From Squalus acanthias (Eukaryota): a DNA stretch of 64,000 nucleotides. This document shows positions 38,005 through 50,549 of the stretch, piece by piece. Where the stretch lies: assembly GCA_030390025.1 (NCBI GenBank), contig CM059447.1, positions 9,672,001 through 9,736,000 of the forward strand, given 5' to 3'. The notes under the pieces are model-generated. The model saw only the letters and a list, made by a program, of their open reading frames with translations, ran no database searches and had not been told where the DNA came from. A program made the position numbers and the translations under genes. Numbering within the stretch: position 1 is the stretch's first letter; every line of letters starts with the position of its first letter.

Positions 38005-38479
38005 CTGCAGTTGGTCACAAACACCATCATTCTCCGCTGTCTTACGTGGCTTTTCCTTTTTCTTGCCTTTATGTTTACTGTGAGTCTTGGCAGCTTCATC
38101 ACACTTTGTCTGGTCGGATGATTCAGAATCAAAAGAAATTGCATCTCTTTTCAAAGCGGATTTATGTTTTTTCTTTGTTTTTTCACTGCTGTTCCATGGC
38201 TCCGGGGAGCCAGCGATGCAGTGTTTGTGTGCCTTATCTGCCAATTCAGTCTTGGAATTGCACACCTTACCAGTACTTTTACCAGATAAAGTATTGTTTT
38301 CCAATGAGGTAGCACTGCCATTTATTAGAGGAGAGAGTAGCCGAGTTGCTTCCATGGCTTTCACTGATCGTAGCTGCGACTCAGAGAAACTAGAACTACA
38401 TGACTTCTTGGAGATTTTAGACGGAGAACTAAATCCTGTTTGTTGGGAAATCTGCACTTTTGGAGTAAGTGGGAAAGTC
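38005..38479 (-). CDS. USP36: USP36 coding exon, Ser/Lys-rich (TFPLTPKVQISQQ...KKKEKPRKTAENDGVCDQLQ)
   Basis: tag|...|gtaggt, 475 nt open. Phase 2 to 0. Confidence 0.85.
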
Positions 38480-39959
38480 CTAAAAGGTGAAAGAAATCAT
38501 TAATTGCATTTCAGATAGTTAATTTGTAACTAATTTCATAGCAATGTTTTCTAGACCTCACAGCACGTGTAGCCGCACCCACTTAGTGCATGAAGAACCA
38601 AAGGTACCAGCAAGCGTATATAGCCACTGCCTCCACTTGTCTTTGCACACACGGAATTGGACTTCTTTACTGGGACTTGCGCAGTTTTCTCCCAAATGGA
38701 AAGCCAGGGCTACAAACACGAGAAATACATTTGTAGCACATGGCTAACAACCAAAAAAAAAAAATCACAATTAAATTCATTCCGTTACTGGAGTAAGTGA
38801 AACTGTAAACCTTCAATTTTTGTGCAAAATTACATAAACATCTCATTAATGCACAAGAATTTTTTTTTAGATAATGTGAGGAAATACTGCAGATTTCATA
38901 GACCTGTATGCTGACAAAATACAGCAAATTTATCTTGTAGAAAAAATGTTTTAAGTGCACTGTATTTTTGATGCATTACTTCAAACTATCAGCGTCTGAT
39001 GTATTACTTACTTCAGTGTCCAAAACAATTCTTGAAGAAACCAAAAAGAGACACTGATGACTTTAGCAAAATTCTCAAAAGACTGATGCTTTGACCCTTA
39101 ACAATAGGCTTTCAATTCTTAAGGATCAAAATTCTTGAGGATCAAAGTACGTCTTGGTGCTAGGAGTTCCCGTGCACCGGCCTAAATTTTGCAACGGAGT
39201 TAAGCCGGCATAATTCCACTAGAACGTGATGAAAAGTTCTTCAGGAGCGGCTCCCAGCTCTCCACTTGCTCTGCCAATTCTGAGGTTTCCCACCGGAAGC
39301 GAGAGGGCAGCATAGGAGGTGGGCAGGTATATTCAAATGTTGTGCAAATCATGGGAATACATCACAGGATGTAATCTGAACTCTCGCAACGCTGGGCACG
39401 GGAGATGTCATTTCATCGTTATTGTCCCATAGTGCGGTGGGTGGGGGAGGGGCTCGTAAAAATGTAAATACCCCAAAAGCCTATCTGCTCAATCACAGAA
39501 TGCAGTTTAAAAAAAAATCTGCAACTGGCAGCAGTGATCACACCTGTCAGGCCACAATGCAGCAAGGCTCTGAAGGCTCCTCAAACAGCAGAATTATTTA
39601 AATGGCCCTGGCCAAATCAGCCAGGGTCAGGCCTACATCCTTGCCATGGGTAGAAGTCATGCCCCACCTCCTACTACCAACATTATGGCCAAGTGAAAGA
39701 CTCTAGGCTGTTCATTTCTATCAAATCATGGCTCTAACCTAAGGATTGAAGCTGCATGTATTTAATTTCCCAGCTTTCTGTGTCCTTATGCTTTCATTTC
39801 TGTACATTTCCAATGATTAATTAGGTATAATTAAGGAATCATTTTAATGATTTGTTGTCAGTATGTGGGCATGCACACGATGGTATTAGGTAGGGAATGT
39901 CAGGTTAGCGACGAAGGAGGTGATGGGTGTTCCAACATTGCTGCTTTTGTCATTCTCTG

Positions 39960-40810
39960 TGCTAGAGATCATGCCAGCTGACATTGTGACTAGTTCTCAC
40001 TCGTCAGGTACTGTCCCCATCCCTCTTAAAACCAGCATCACATCTCCCTGCAAAAAAAACCCCAACATGCAATCTTGGATGAGCTGTAATTTCCTCCAGT
40101 TGAACACGGAGAAGGTTGGTTCCCTGCAACAAATGCCATATCCTTGCCACCGACTCCATCCCCATCCCAGCCACTGTCTCAGTTTGAATCATACTGTTTA
40201 CAACCTCAGCGCCCTGAGGTGAGCTTCCGACCCCATATACTTTCCATCACAAAGACTGCCTACCTCCATCTACGTAACATCACCCGCCTCTGCTCCTACT
40301 TCAGCCTGTCTGCTGCTGAAATCCTCAACAATGCTTTTGTTACCTCCAGACTTGACTCTTCCAAAGCTTTCCCATCCTGCAGCCTCCATAAACTTTGACA
40401 CATCCAAAACTCTGTTGGCTAAATCCTATTCTGCACCGAGGCCCATTCACTCATCATCCCTGTTCTACTGACCCACACTGGCTGCAGGTCCCCCAAAGCC
40501 TCCAATTTAAAACCCTCTTCCTCATGTTCAAATCTCATGGCCTTGCCCCTCCCTATCTCTAACCCCCTCAAGCCCTAAAACCCAGAGAAATCCCCATTCC
40601 TTCAACTCTGCCCTCGTGTATACTCCTCCCTTTGCCCACCATTGGTGGCCATGCCTTCAGCCATCTAAGCCCAATGCTCTGGAATGCCATCCCTAAACCC
40701 CTCCACCTCTTCGCCTCCCTCTCCTACTTTAAGAGTCTCCTTAAGACCATCTCTTGGACCAAGCCTATCCTTATATTGTTTTGAATGCTGACTAAAGGCA
40801 CTATATAGTT
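39960..40810 (+). mobile_element. L2 LINE fragment with internal deletions
   Basis: WMSCNFLQLNTEK, FRPHILSITKTAYLHLRNI, AFVTSRLD peptides and an L2 3'UTR. Confidence 0.85.
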
Positions 40811-40922
40811 ATTGCTCATTTAGCGGCGACAAGCAGAGACCAGGCACATGCGCCCCTCCCAAATAAGGACAGCAAGAATATCGGCGGGAGTCCCCTTGGC
40901 AGCAGGCTCCTTGTCCTGCCCA

Positions 40923-41015
40923 TTGTATCTGGGATTGGTGATAGTGGATTAACTTGTATCTGGGATTGGTGATATTGGATTAACTTGTATCTGGGATTGG
41001 TGATATAGGATTAAC
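40923..41015. repeat. 31-bp tandem repeat, 3 copies (TTGTATCTGGGATTGGTGATAnnGGATTAAC)
   Basis: Directly visible; units start at 40923, 40954 and 40985. Confidence 0.92.
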
Positions 41016-41146
41016 CAGACGCAATTACCCAGAGTCAAGTGATTTTGTCATAATTGATTAAAACCACTTAGCTGCCTCGTCCAACCAGTGAGGCTTCATC
41101 TGCAAGATGAAAGCTTTAGTTAGTGAGCAGTACAAGTTTCTCTTAC

Positions 41147-41265
41147 CTAGTTTTGTCTGCAGGAGAAGAAAATATGTGGCTTTTTTTCATTAATTTTGCT
41201 TTGTGGGCTGATGAGAGTGATGGAGAGTGCGGTTCATTTTCTGTCACCATCCAGCTGTAGGTGGC
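41147..41265 (-). CDS. USP36: USP36 coding exon (ATYSWMVTENEPHSPSLSSAHKAKLMKKSHIFSSPADKTR)
   Basis: cag|...|gtaaga, 119 nt. Phase 0 to 2; positional equivalent of the human ASTLWRATGND exon. Confidence 0.82.
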
Positions 41266-42709
41266 CTGCAGTTATTGACATAAATAAAAACTTGGTGGTC
41301 TAAAAAGTATCCATGAGTGAAGAAAACATAAAAGAGGGTATGGCAAAGAAGAATCAGAAAGTTTTCATGGTTAGACAGCTAGGGAAACAAAGTAGGAAAA
41401 CAACAGACAAGAAAATGTCAAAACAATTACCAGTTACTAATCACGAAAATCTTTGCAGTTTTAGATTATAAATACTAGACATAAACAAAGAACAAAACCA
41501 GCAGAATGAACATCAAGAATTTAAAACATAGTACATTCTTAGCACACATTTTACAGAATCTAAGGTGTATTTTTACAACTGAATGGAACTATTCACATAA
41601 CAGCTTTTGTGCTTTCACATGAGAGTTTATCACTGCAGTTTAACATTAAATTAACTGTTCTGTCAAAAAAGTAACCCATCAAACATAACCAGTAATCCAC
41701 CAGAGTCCCTTTTGGTATCTTGTTCACCATTTTATCAAAACATTAACATTTTTTAAAAAGTAGAAAAATAAAAGGGCAGAGTGGGAGAGAGATATAATTT
41801 GGACTTGGTTTAACGTTTAATACTCTCAAATCTTGAATTACCTTCAATAAAATGTGGCCCATGAGCAAAACCCAAATGAAAATGCTCTGATTGGCCAATA
41901 CACAAATGCAGGGTGTGCCGTAGGACTGTGGCACACAGACCGTGAAAAGCCCAAGTTCACAGATCGTTATGAACCAGAGTTCAATCTCTGGCCCGTGTTG
42001 ACGCAAGTGATCCAGGTTGGGAGAGGACAGACACAATGATGAGCATCAGCATCCTCGTCAGAGAGAGAGGAGGTGGAGAGAGGGAAAAAAATCCAGAGCT
42101 CCCGCTCCTAATCAAGTAAATTCTGGACAAGGACAGGATTGGCTGGCGCTCCTCGTGGTTAAGTAATCTATTGACACAATGTTCTGCGTACACATGTGGC
42201 ATGATCATTTGGGCAACCGACTGAAGGGCAGGTGCCTGTGAAGCTGCACCCAGCACAAGTCAACACCTTCAGGAAAGAGGAGGGGAAAAAAATCTGGGAA
42301 CCCCATTCCCATCTCAGAGGAACTTGAGATGCTCAAGAGCAAAGTACTGGAACACCGCATTACATAAAACGTTAAATTAAGCAAAAATAAAACAAAATCA
42401 CGCACGCACACACATTATTTTGTCTGGTAAGAACAAATAATTACTCATACTGTCAGGCTTTACAGGAGAGACCTCGAGCACTTGCAAGAGGCTCCTTCAG
42501 CTTTTGCTTATAGCCAAGCAAATAAAACCGAATTTCACTCCACAACTGTTTCATTTTACACAGACACCAGAATTGACTCTGGTGAAACAATAATTTCTTG
42601 TTTCTATTTCTAGGGACTACTGGAGTTTGCTGTAGATTTTTTAAAGCAAATTCCAAACAGCAGAGTTATGGATTAAATACCAGGTTCAAATCTCTTATGT
42701 AGAATTAAA

Positions 42710-43012
42710 CAGACATTACAACACGGAAGCGGACTGTTTGGGCCAAACAGTCCGTGTTAGGTATTTATCCTCCACACAAGCAGTCAGCCTAATCCCAGGT
42801 GCCCGCCCTGTACCCCTATCCTTTTACCTCCCATTCCTTCAACTACCTATCTAAGCTATCCTGCTTCTATCACAAACTCTGGTAGTGCAGCCCTCTGTGT
42901 AAAAATGTTTCTCCTGCTCTGTCCTAAACCTCTTAACATTTAATCTTGTATCTATGTCCCCATAACCACTGGAAACAGCTTTTTCTATCTACCATCCCAT
43001 CCCTTCATAATT
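42710..43012 (-). mobile_element. Old CR1 3' fragment
   Basis: Decayed similarity to the other CR1 tails. Confidence 0.55.
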
Positions 43013-44438
43013 CTTGTTATAGAGAGAATATTCTTGTTATATTTGAAGGTCAAGAACTAGATTTTAAAAAAATCAGGTTTGACCCGAGAAAGTAATACTT
43101 GCATTTAAAGATGTGGCCCTCGTGATTTTGTACAAAGTTTTTTTTTACAATTTTAAACAGAGGTGTGATGGAGTGCAGCCCCTCATACATTGTACAAATA
43201 TGAAACTAAAAGCTGGTTGTGTTCTTTGCACAGATTCTACTTTTGATAATAAATAAATTTGAATTTAGCAATAACTGACATCAAAATAGTGGTGCTCTCC
43301 CAAATGGATCGGACTCAAAATAAAATAAGGAACGAGAGACGAGACCATTTGGTCCACCTCGCCCATTTTTCTCCCTCCCTCCCCAATCAATTACCTCATC
43401 GATTATGAAATTTAACCCACACCATCTACTGAGAGACGCAACCAACCACAGATATAGATGAACAAAACCATTTCCAAAGTTCTCCTCAATTTGATAAGAA
43501 ATTGGCACACATGTCCATTATTGCTATTCAATCAATCACAATTAAAAAAGATTTGCAAGTTTCAGTGTCATTTTTCTGTCATTGCACAAACAATGAAGTT
43601 AAAGACTGGCTTTTAGACAGCTCCCCATGGCCAAATCAAGGAAGACATTACTCCACCATGATGGCCAACAAGTTATCCACAGCACATATAAGTGGATGTG
43701 GGTTCATGCCCATAAATCCTCACAAAGTAACCTTCAAATTCAATCTTGTGCTGTGAAGAAGGCGCTAATTAAGAGCTGGTGCTTTAAATAGGAAGAGGGA
43801 GGTGGAAAGATTGGGCAAGTCATCCCAAAAAATTATTCACATTCTAGCAGAGATAATGAGGCCAGACCCCTTTCCCTATTATCAATGGGCGGAAAGGCTA
43901 AAAGAAGTGGTAAAAAAAAGCGGTGGGGTGGGGGAGTTTTTGGCATTAACTGGAAGAGTTTAGAACTATCAATAGACTGGCATAATGATGACAAATTTAA
44001 GGTAATAGATAGGTTCTGAAAATTAACTTGATCAGATGAATTGAGGTGAAGATGCTGCCTGTAGTGAGGATATGACCCATGCTACTGGGAACCCCACTAC
44101 ACATCAGCAACTGGCTTCCATTTCATTTCCTTAAGGTCAGCACTGTCAAACTTGCAAATGCTTAGAAGTAAAAGCTTCTGCTTTTCAACAAAAAGCCTTG
44201 TGTTAAAACATTTTCTAACCAATGAAAGTTAGAAGGTTGGTAAGTACGATGAGCAGTTTGTATTTACACAATACATGGTTTAAGAGGTGGGCATACAGAC
44301 AAACATACACACACAGAGCTGGCATGATTAAGTGTTAATTTATAGGTCCACCTGGGACAACAATGCAGTTTGAGGAGAAAGAGAAAAAAAAAACATTTAG
44401 TTACACAACAATTCCTCCAGCCCACAACATACACCCAC

Positions 44439-45026
44439 CTTTTTGGCTGACAGTGCAAGCCTCTTAGCTGGAGGTGGTGACATGGTACTGGATTGCTCTT
44501 CTGCAAGCAGCTGGGGCTTTATTTTGGACACTCCCTGATCCTCAGCACTGCTCTCAGTCCTCTCATTAGCTGAGCTGTGCGTTTGAGATTCTGAATCAGA
44601 CTCTTCGGGCTCAGACTGTTGGTTATTCAATCCGTTCTTTGTAATATTGCTCCCATTCAAACCATTTTTGGGGCTGCCAATCCCTTTCTGCTGGTTGTTA
44701 ATGTCTTCTTTTCCTTTCTGCTCAGTTGCCACCGATGACTTGAGTGAGGTAGATGCAGGTAGTTCCTTGCTCTCCGGTGTAGTCACCTTTGCACTCTCTG
44801 TTACTGATGTTCTGCTGCCACTTGAACCATTAGCTGACTGGCCCTGAGAAGATTTTGGTTGCAGCTGAGGTAAAGATTTCTTAAGCTTCTTCAGTGATTC
44901 ATCTATGAAAGTTGGTGCATTTGTTGGTTTCGCTGGAAGCTTGGGTGACTGGTTAATGGTGTTTCTTGGGACTGGCAAACCAACACTCCCAGAAGCTTGC
45001 AGTTTTGCTTGCTGAGACTCAGGTTT
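44439..45026 (-). CDS. USP36: USP36 large coding exon, disordered region ending MSPPPAKRLALSAKK
   Basis: tag|...|gtgggt, 588 nt open. The SPPPAKxLALSAKK motif is characteristic of USP36. Confidence 0.94.
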
Positions 45027-45084
45027 CTACACGAGAGACAATATATATATATATAAAAAATTATACAACATGTAAAATATATTG

Positions 45085-46780
45085 TTAACAAACGATTTGT
45101 ACTTGAGAATCAGAAGTACCATTTCAAAATTTGCAGATGACACTAAATTGGGGGATATAGTTAATATTAAGGAAGACTGCGACAAAATACAAGGTGACAT
45201 TAATAAACTTGCAGAATAGGCGTGTAATTGGCAAATTAATTTCAATATAGACAAGTGTGAGGTGGTGCATTTTGGTAGGAAGGATAAAGGAGGCCACATA
45301 CCCCGTGGAAAATAAGAGTCTGAATGGGGTAGAGGAGCAGAGGGATCTAGGGGTACAGATACACAAATCACTAAAAGTAGTGACACGGGTTAATAAGGCC
45401 ATAAAAAAAGCAAACAAAGCACTGGGTTCTTTTTAAGCAGAGATATTGGGGCAGAAATTAGGCTCGCCACGGGTTAGTACGCGCTGTGTACTCACCCGTG
45501 GACAGAACGAAAGTGGCAGTTTCTTGCATTCACTGCGCTTGCGCGGGAAACCAGCACTTCCGTTCCCCTGAAGGAAGGGGTTCAGAGGTCGAACGTGCAC
45601 GCCGGAGGGCCAGCGCGTTCGCCTCGCACTTTGTTTTTTTTTTTAAACAGGTTCCTCCGTGAGGGTAAGCACGAAGAAGATACACATTGAAAAAGGAGGC
45701 GCAAGGCCTTCTTTTAACAAGGTAAGTGTTGATTTTATTAAAATTTAAACAATTTTTTCCACAGATTTATCTTTTTTAATTACTTTAAAGGTAAGTTTAG
45801 TTTTAACCCCGTTAAAAAGTGTAATTAATTTTTTCACTTTTTTTTGTTTAAAATAGTTAATGTAATTTATAGTTATTTTAAAAATGTGATGTTTTTTAAA
45901 AAAATTATTTGTAGTTTTAGGGATGTTTTGGGGCCGATCTGTATTCATAGATTTGACAAATCTTCCTGTCAAATCTATGAATGAAAGATGGTCTGCTGCA
46001 ATTGGCTCTCCATGGCCCACGTGATCCCAGGGGACGCATCGCACTAACTACGCCCCTGGGATACACAAGCACTGTGCGCCGGCAGTTGGAGGCGGCCCAG
46101 GACCCGAATTCCTCGTGGGACCAGGGGTCAACGGTAGGCACGGTAGGTAGGTGCGCGCGCGATCCTTGCGCCTGCGGGAAGCCAGGGAGCCGAATTTCTG
46201 GCCCGTTATGTTAAACTTGTATAGAACCTTGATTCGACCACACTTGGGTGTACTGTGCACAGCTCTGGTCTCCATATTACAAAAAGGATATAGAGGCACT
46301 GGAGAAGGTGCAAAAAAGATTCTGATACCAGAACTGAAAGGTTATACCCATCAGGAAAAATTGAACAGGCTGGGGCACTTTTCTCTGGAAAAGAGAAGGC
46401 TGAGGGGTGACCTGATAGAGGCCTTTAAGATTATGAAAGGGTTTGATAGGATAGACTTAGAGAAGATATTTCCAATTGTGGGAGACCCCAAAACTAAGGG
46501 CCATAAATATAAGATAAACTAATAAATCTAATAGGGAATTCAGGAGAAATTTCTTTACTCAGAGTGGTTAGAATGTGGAACTTGCTACCACAGGGAATAG
46601 TTGAGGCGGATAGCATAGGTGCATTTAAGGGGAAGCTAGATAAACACGAGGGAGAAAGAAATAGAAGGATATGTTGACAGGGTTAGATGAAGTAGGGTAG
46701 GATGAGGCTTGTGGAGCAGAAACACCGGCATGAATCAATTGGGCCGAATGGCCTGTTGTGTGCTGCACATTCTATGTATC
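45085..46780 (+). mobile_element. CR1 LINE 3' portion interrupted by a MITE (45448-46204)
   Basis: FADDTKLG and KCEVVHFG before the insertion; LNLYRTLIRPHL and RRLRGDLIE after it. Confidence 0.88.
45448..46204. mobile_element. Harbinger-like MITE, 757 bp
   Basis: TIRs GGGGCAGAAATTAGGCTC vs GGGCCAGAAATTCGGCTC (16/18); imperfect 3-bp flanks ATT/GTT; splits a CR1. Confidence 0.8.
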
Positions 46781-46939
46781 AATACATTAGTTAGACTTGC
46801 ATTAACCAAACATGGGATGATCTAAATGCAATACTACTTTGAAGAATTAATTTGAACATACATTTACTTTGAGCACGATTTTTAAAAAAAAGGAGAATCT
46901 TCCCCTGACTGGAGGCACCAGCTGGCACAGTGCTGAAGC

Positions 46940-47300
46940 TATGCAGAATTTGGCATGTTGAGTTTCTGGTCTGTGCTGAGTTTGCTGATTTCAGTCAGGG
47001 CAGCAACTGCAGTGTTTCTAATAGTTTGACTAGACAAGGCAAGGAGGAAAAAGCCAGGGTTCTCACGACTGATTGTTATCCAGTAGCCACTGCAGCATAA
47101 TGTGCTGTGGGGTGTTGGTGGGGGAGAGAGTGTGTTATTTGGGGGGGTTTGGCTGTTAATTCCTCCACCGTCAAGTAGCTTTCGGACACTCACTATCCAA
47201 GCTCGCACATGAAGAATTGGTATTTGTCTGATGCAAGGGAGTGTGGCCGACATCCATGAAACCATGGCTCAGCAATAGTCAGTGCCTTCAGGACACAAGG
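46940..47300 (+). mobile_element. tRNA-derived SINE (second family), degenerate
   Basis: gtctgtgctgagtt.gctgat.tcag...agccagggttc...acactcact...cacatgaagaat shared with other copies. Confidence 0.55.
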
Positions 47301-48382
47301 TGAGAAAACTAAGAATAACCCATGCAATACCTTCTAAATTAATTTAAAAAATGAAAATGCCAATTTCAGCTCCAGACTTTGTATGTCTTCTCGAAGAGCT
47401 CTAAAAACTTTTTAAAATAGGTTTATCCAAATGCCTGTGATGGATCAGAGATCTGTCTGCTTTCTGTCAGTGTATTTTTTAACATTTCTTTACAGGATTT
47501 CAGCAGCTGGCCAGCTATGGCCAATTTAATTTGATTACTGTTTATTCTAAGCAGCCTGTCTTTGTGCACATGAAATACAGATCATCGGTTTCATGTGTTG
47601 ATACCACTTCAAAGGCTAATGATTCACTTCTGTGTAGGTGGACAGCTTGAAGGTACAATGTTTATCTGGAAAGAGTTAATATCGATCACTGGCCATTAAT
47701 TGGTTATGTTGTTCATGGAGTTTACAAAAAAAACCATACAGGGTCCTTGGTTGTGTGCTGAAAATGATGCGTCAGCTTACCTGGGTGGGTGTGAATTGTT
47801 TTATGACAAATTTTGTAAGTTAAGTGAACCATTGTGATTGATCTATCTGCTTGACTTTGGTTCTTGCTAATCCTACTGCTGATTGGTAGTTGTAGCCCGA
47901 GATATACGATGCCAGAATTTTTTTTGCCCATCAGTTGGAGAGATCAAGAGATTACAGTAGTAATCTATTGTTTCCAATGTGTACCTCATTAGTAAAAGGC
48001 TTCACTATTCACTCTGCAGCCCACTATCCCAGATTACTTTGTATATAAAAAAGGTCACATTTCTGTTTACATGGACTTGCTTGTGGAAGAATATCCTTAT
48101 GCTGGGACAAATCATCTTGCTTGCACTTGAATTGTAATACCCTTTTTAAGAAATAGTTAGGCCTAGTTAGATTTTCTTCTGCAGATTATCTCTTCCGAAT
48201 TATAAAAATGTCATTATAGCTGGTCATTTAGCCCATGGTGCCTGTGGTGGCTCTCCCATCAAAGTCTTCTACTCCAGTCCCAATACCCAGCTCTTTCTCA
48301 TACACAAGAGCAATGCAGTATAGTAGACTTCAGCATTTCTTACAATAGAACATGCTGTTAATGACATTATTAACAAGCTGAC

Positions 48383-48521
48383 CTTTGCCATCTGAGGCGA
48401 GCCCAGGTATCCATTCAGCATCGGTTTCTTCGGCATGGTTGTGCCATTGCTGGTTTTGACAAGTGGCTGTACCGAGTTCTGCTTAGATGCATCATCTACA
48501 CTACTCTTAGAGTTTGGCATT
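48383..48521 (-). CDS. USP36: USP36 coding exon (MPNSKSSVDDASKQ...LGSPQMAK)
   Basis: aag|...|gtcagc, 139 nt. Phase 2 to phase 0 fits both neighbours. Confidence 0.85.
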
Positions 48522-49655
48522 CTTCAGGTGAAACAAAGAACCAGTCCCAAATTAATATTGCACAATTTTACAACTTACAAAATATCCAAGATAGCAAATG
48601 AACATAAATACTTCACTATTTAGGTCAAATAAAACTGGCATTTGTTGAAAAGCACAATTTATGCAACATATCACGTACCAAATGACCCATTGATTCCAAG
48701 TGTGAAATAATTGCCAACACTACAGTTTAATCGTTTATATTCCTTCAACTGTCATCAACTATGTAGGTAAATTTATAATTTCTAGATTACCTCTTCTACT
48801 TTCCCCATTTGTTTAAAATGCCTTCTTTGGATCACAGTGTAGCGGCACAATTACTCAATTGTCAAGTACAACTCTTGGGGATTAAAATTTGAAATTCAAC
48901 TTAAAAAACATGTCAAGATATAAAATACTGAAATTGTCAGCCCGAGACCTCCATCCACCCATCAGGAGCAATTATCCAAAAAGGTATCCAGCATTCCCTC
49001 TTAATTTGGAGAATACAAACCGTTTCCTCCCTGGCCTGTTCACCTACACCAGCCAGGGGGTCTGCACTCAGAATCCACCACTCTGAACAACTGCCAGGAA
49101 GTGCAAAACAGTGGCCGAGGAATAACCTTCTGCCCAGTTTCCTCTCCGTTTGTCCTCAAACTAGGATCAGGAATGCAACAAAGCATAAAGTGGGAGGGTA
49201 AATAAAAAAAACATGGAGAGGGAGCAGGGAAGAGCAAAGAGAGGAGAGAAAGAGAATGTTTCTCTATTTTGTGTGTGATTTTCTCTCCCTCCCCAAAGAT
49301 TGGGTGGAGTACAGAATGCTCTCCTTCTCTCTACTTGAATATTTTCTCTCTGATATTTAGTCATTTTTCATGATCCACTTCCACTTTGTCTGCTCTGTTA
49401 CAGTCACTTGAAATTCTATTCACTCTTCTTACTCTTTCGTAGCTTTCTCCCAAAATTGCCAAATCCTTGCACACAAATGTTTGTTCATTCCCAGTCTTTT
49501 ATCCCAGCTTCATCCCAAATACTTCAGCACTGATTCATTTCAACCATAACTTGGAAATTGCACACATACAAAAAGGTGGAAATTATCGGAGTCTCAAAAA
49601 CCATTATGCGAGAAGCCGACCCTACAAACAACAAAATGCATTTAGTAACACCCAC

Positions 49656-49756
49656 CTCAAGTAGAAAAGTACATAAGCCTGTTGGTTCAACACCACCTTG
49701 ATGTTACTACAATGGACCATTGAATCATTCATCTGGTACCATTGCCCATTGCTGGC
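49656..49756 (-). CDS. USP36: USP36 coding exon (ASNGQWYQMNDSMVHCSNIKVVLNQQAYVLFYLR), end of USP domain
   Basis: cag|...|gtgggt, 101 nt. WYQMND and AYVLFY motifs. Confidence 0.96.
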
Positions 49757-49971
49757 CTGAAAGAAAGAAAGTAACAGGAAACATTCAAGTCCTGGATAAA
49801 GTTTCATCTGAAGCTATCATTTTAGTAAAGTTTGCTCATATGATTTTGCTACCCATATCAAGTTACTTTTAATCTTAGGATGTATATTCCATTTTGGATT
49901 AAGGAGGACATTTCTCTCTTTTTACAATGTGATCAATGGACACCTTTCATTTCACAGGACATCACTAAGTG

Positions 49972-50138
49972 ACAAAACCAGAGAATGCTGGAAATACATA
50001 ATTTTTTTTTAAATGCAGGTCCGTCAACATCTGTAAAGAGAGAAGGCTGGGTGTGAGGAAGGATTAGATTGCACCTTTAACATGTCCATTTTCTTTAGAG
50101 TTGCTGATTGACCTGCTGTCTATTTCTGTTTTTATTTG
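49972..50138. repeat. Palindromic interspersed repeat remnant
   Basis: Arms gaatgctggaaata..caggtccgtcaacatct and agttgctgattgacctgctgtctatttctg are approximate inverted repeats. Confidence 0.5.
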
Positions 50139-50549
50139 ATTTGCATCGAAGAGAATTGTACTCTAAGTATTTGCATTTTATTTTACAATTGAGTTTGATA
50201 AGATTAAATCCTGGTCTAGATTGATTTTAAAAATGAGTCCATTATTATTTAAGACTAATTTTTCTGACAATCTTTTTATAAGAAAATAACTAGCTAATCA
50301 GGGTTGTCTTGGATGTGGATCAGTTCTATCATTTCTAAATCAGTAGCACACAATAAAATAAGTTTATGTTACTACTCCAAGTTAGTGTGGGGCTGTTAAA
50401 TAAGATCGATTAACAAACTGATTGTGTAGCAATTTATTCATAAAGTTTTCTGTGGGTAAATGTAACTTTCAATTTAATAAGGAATTTCCAACATTTCAAA
50501 AAGGGGAATGGTTTGGGTCAGTGAAGTGGTTAACTGCGTGACTTCTCAC

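Noticed and set aside
42036-42042. Perfect C box ATGATGA suggesting an intronic snoRNA
   Set aside because: It is on the plus strand, antisense to the host transcript, and I see no matching terminal stem or D box.
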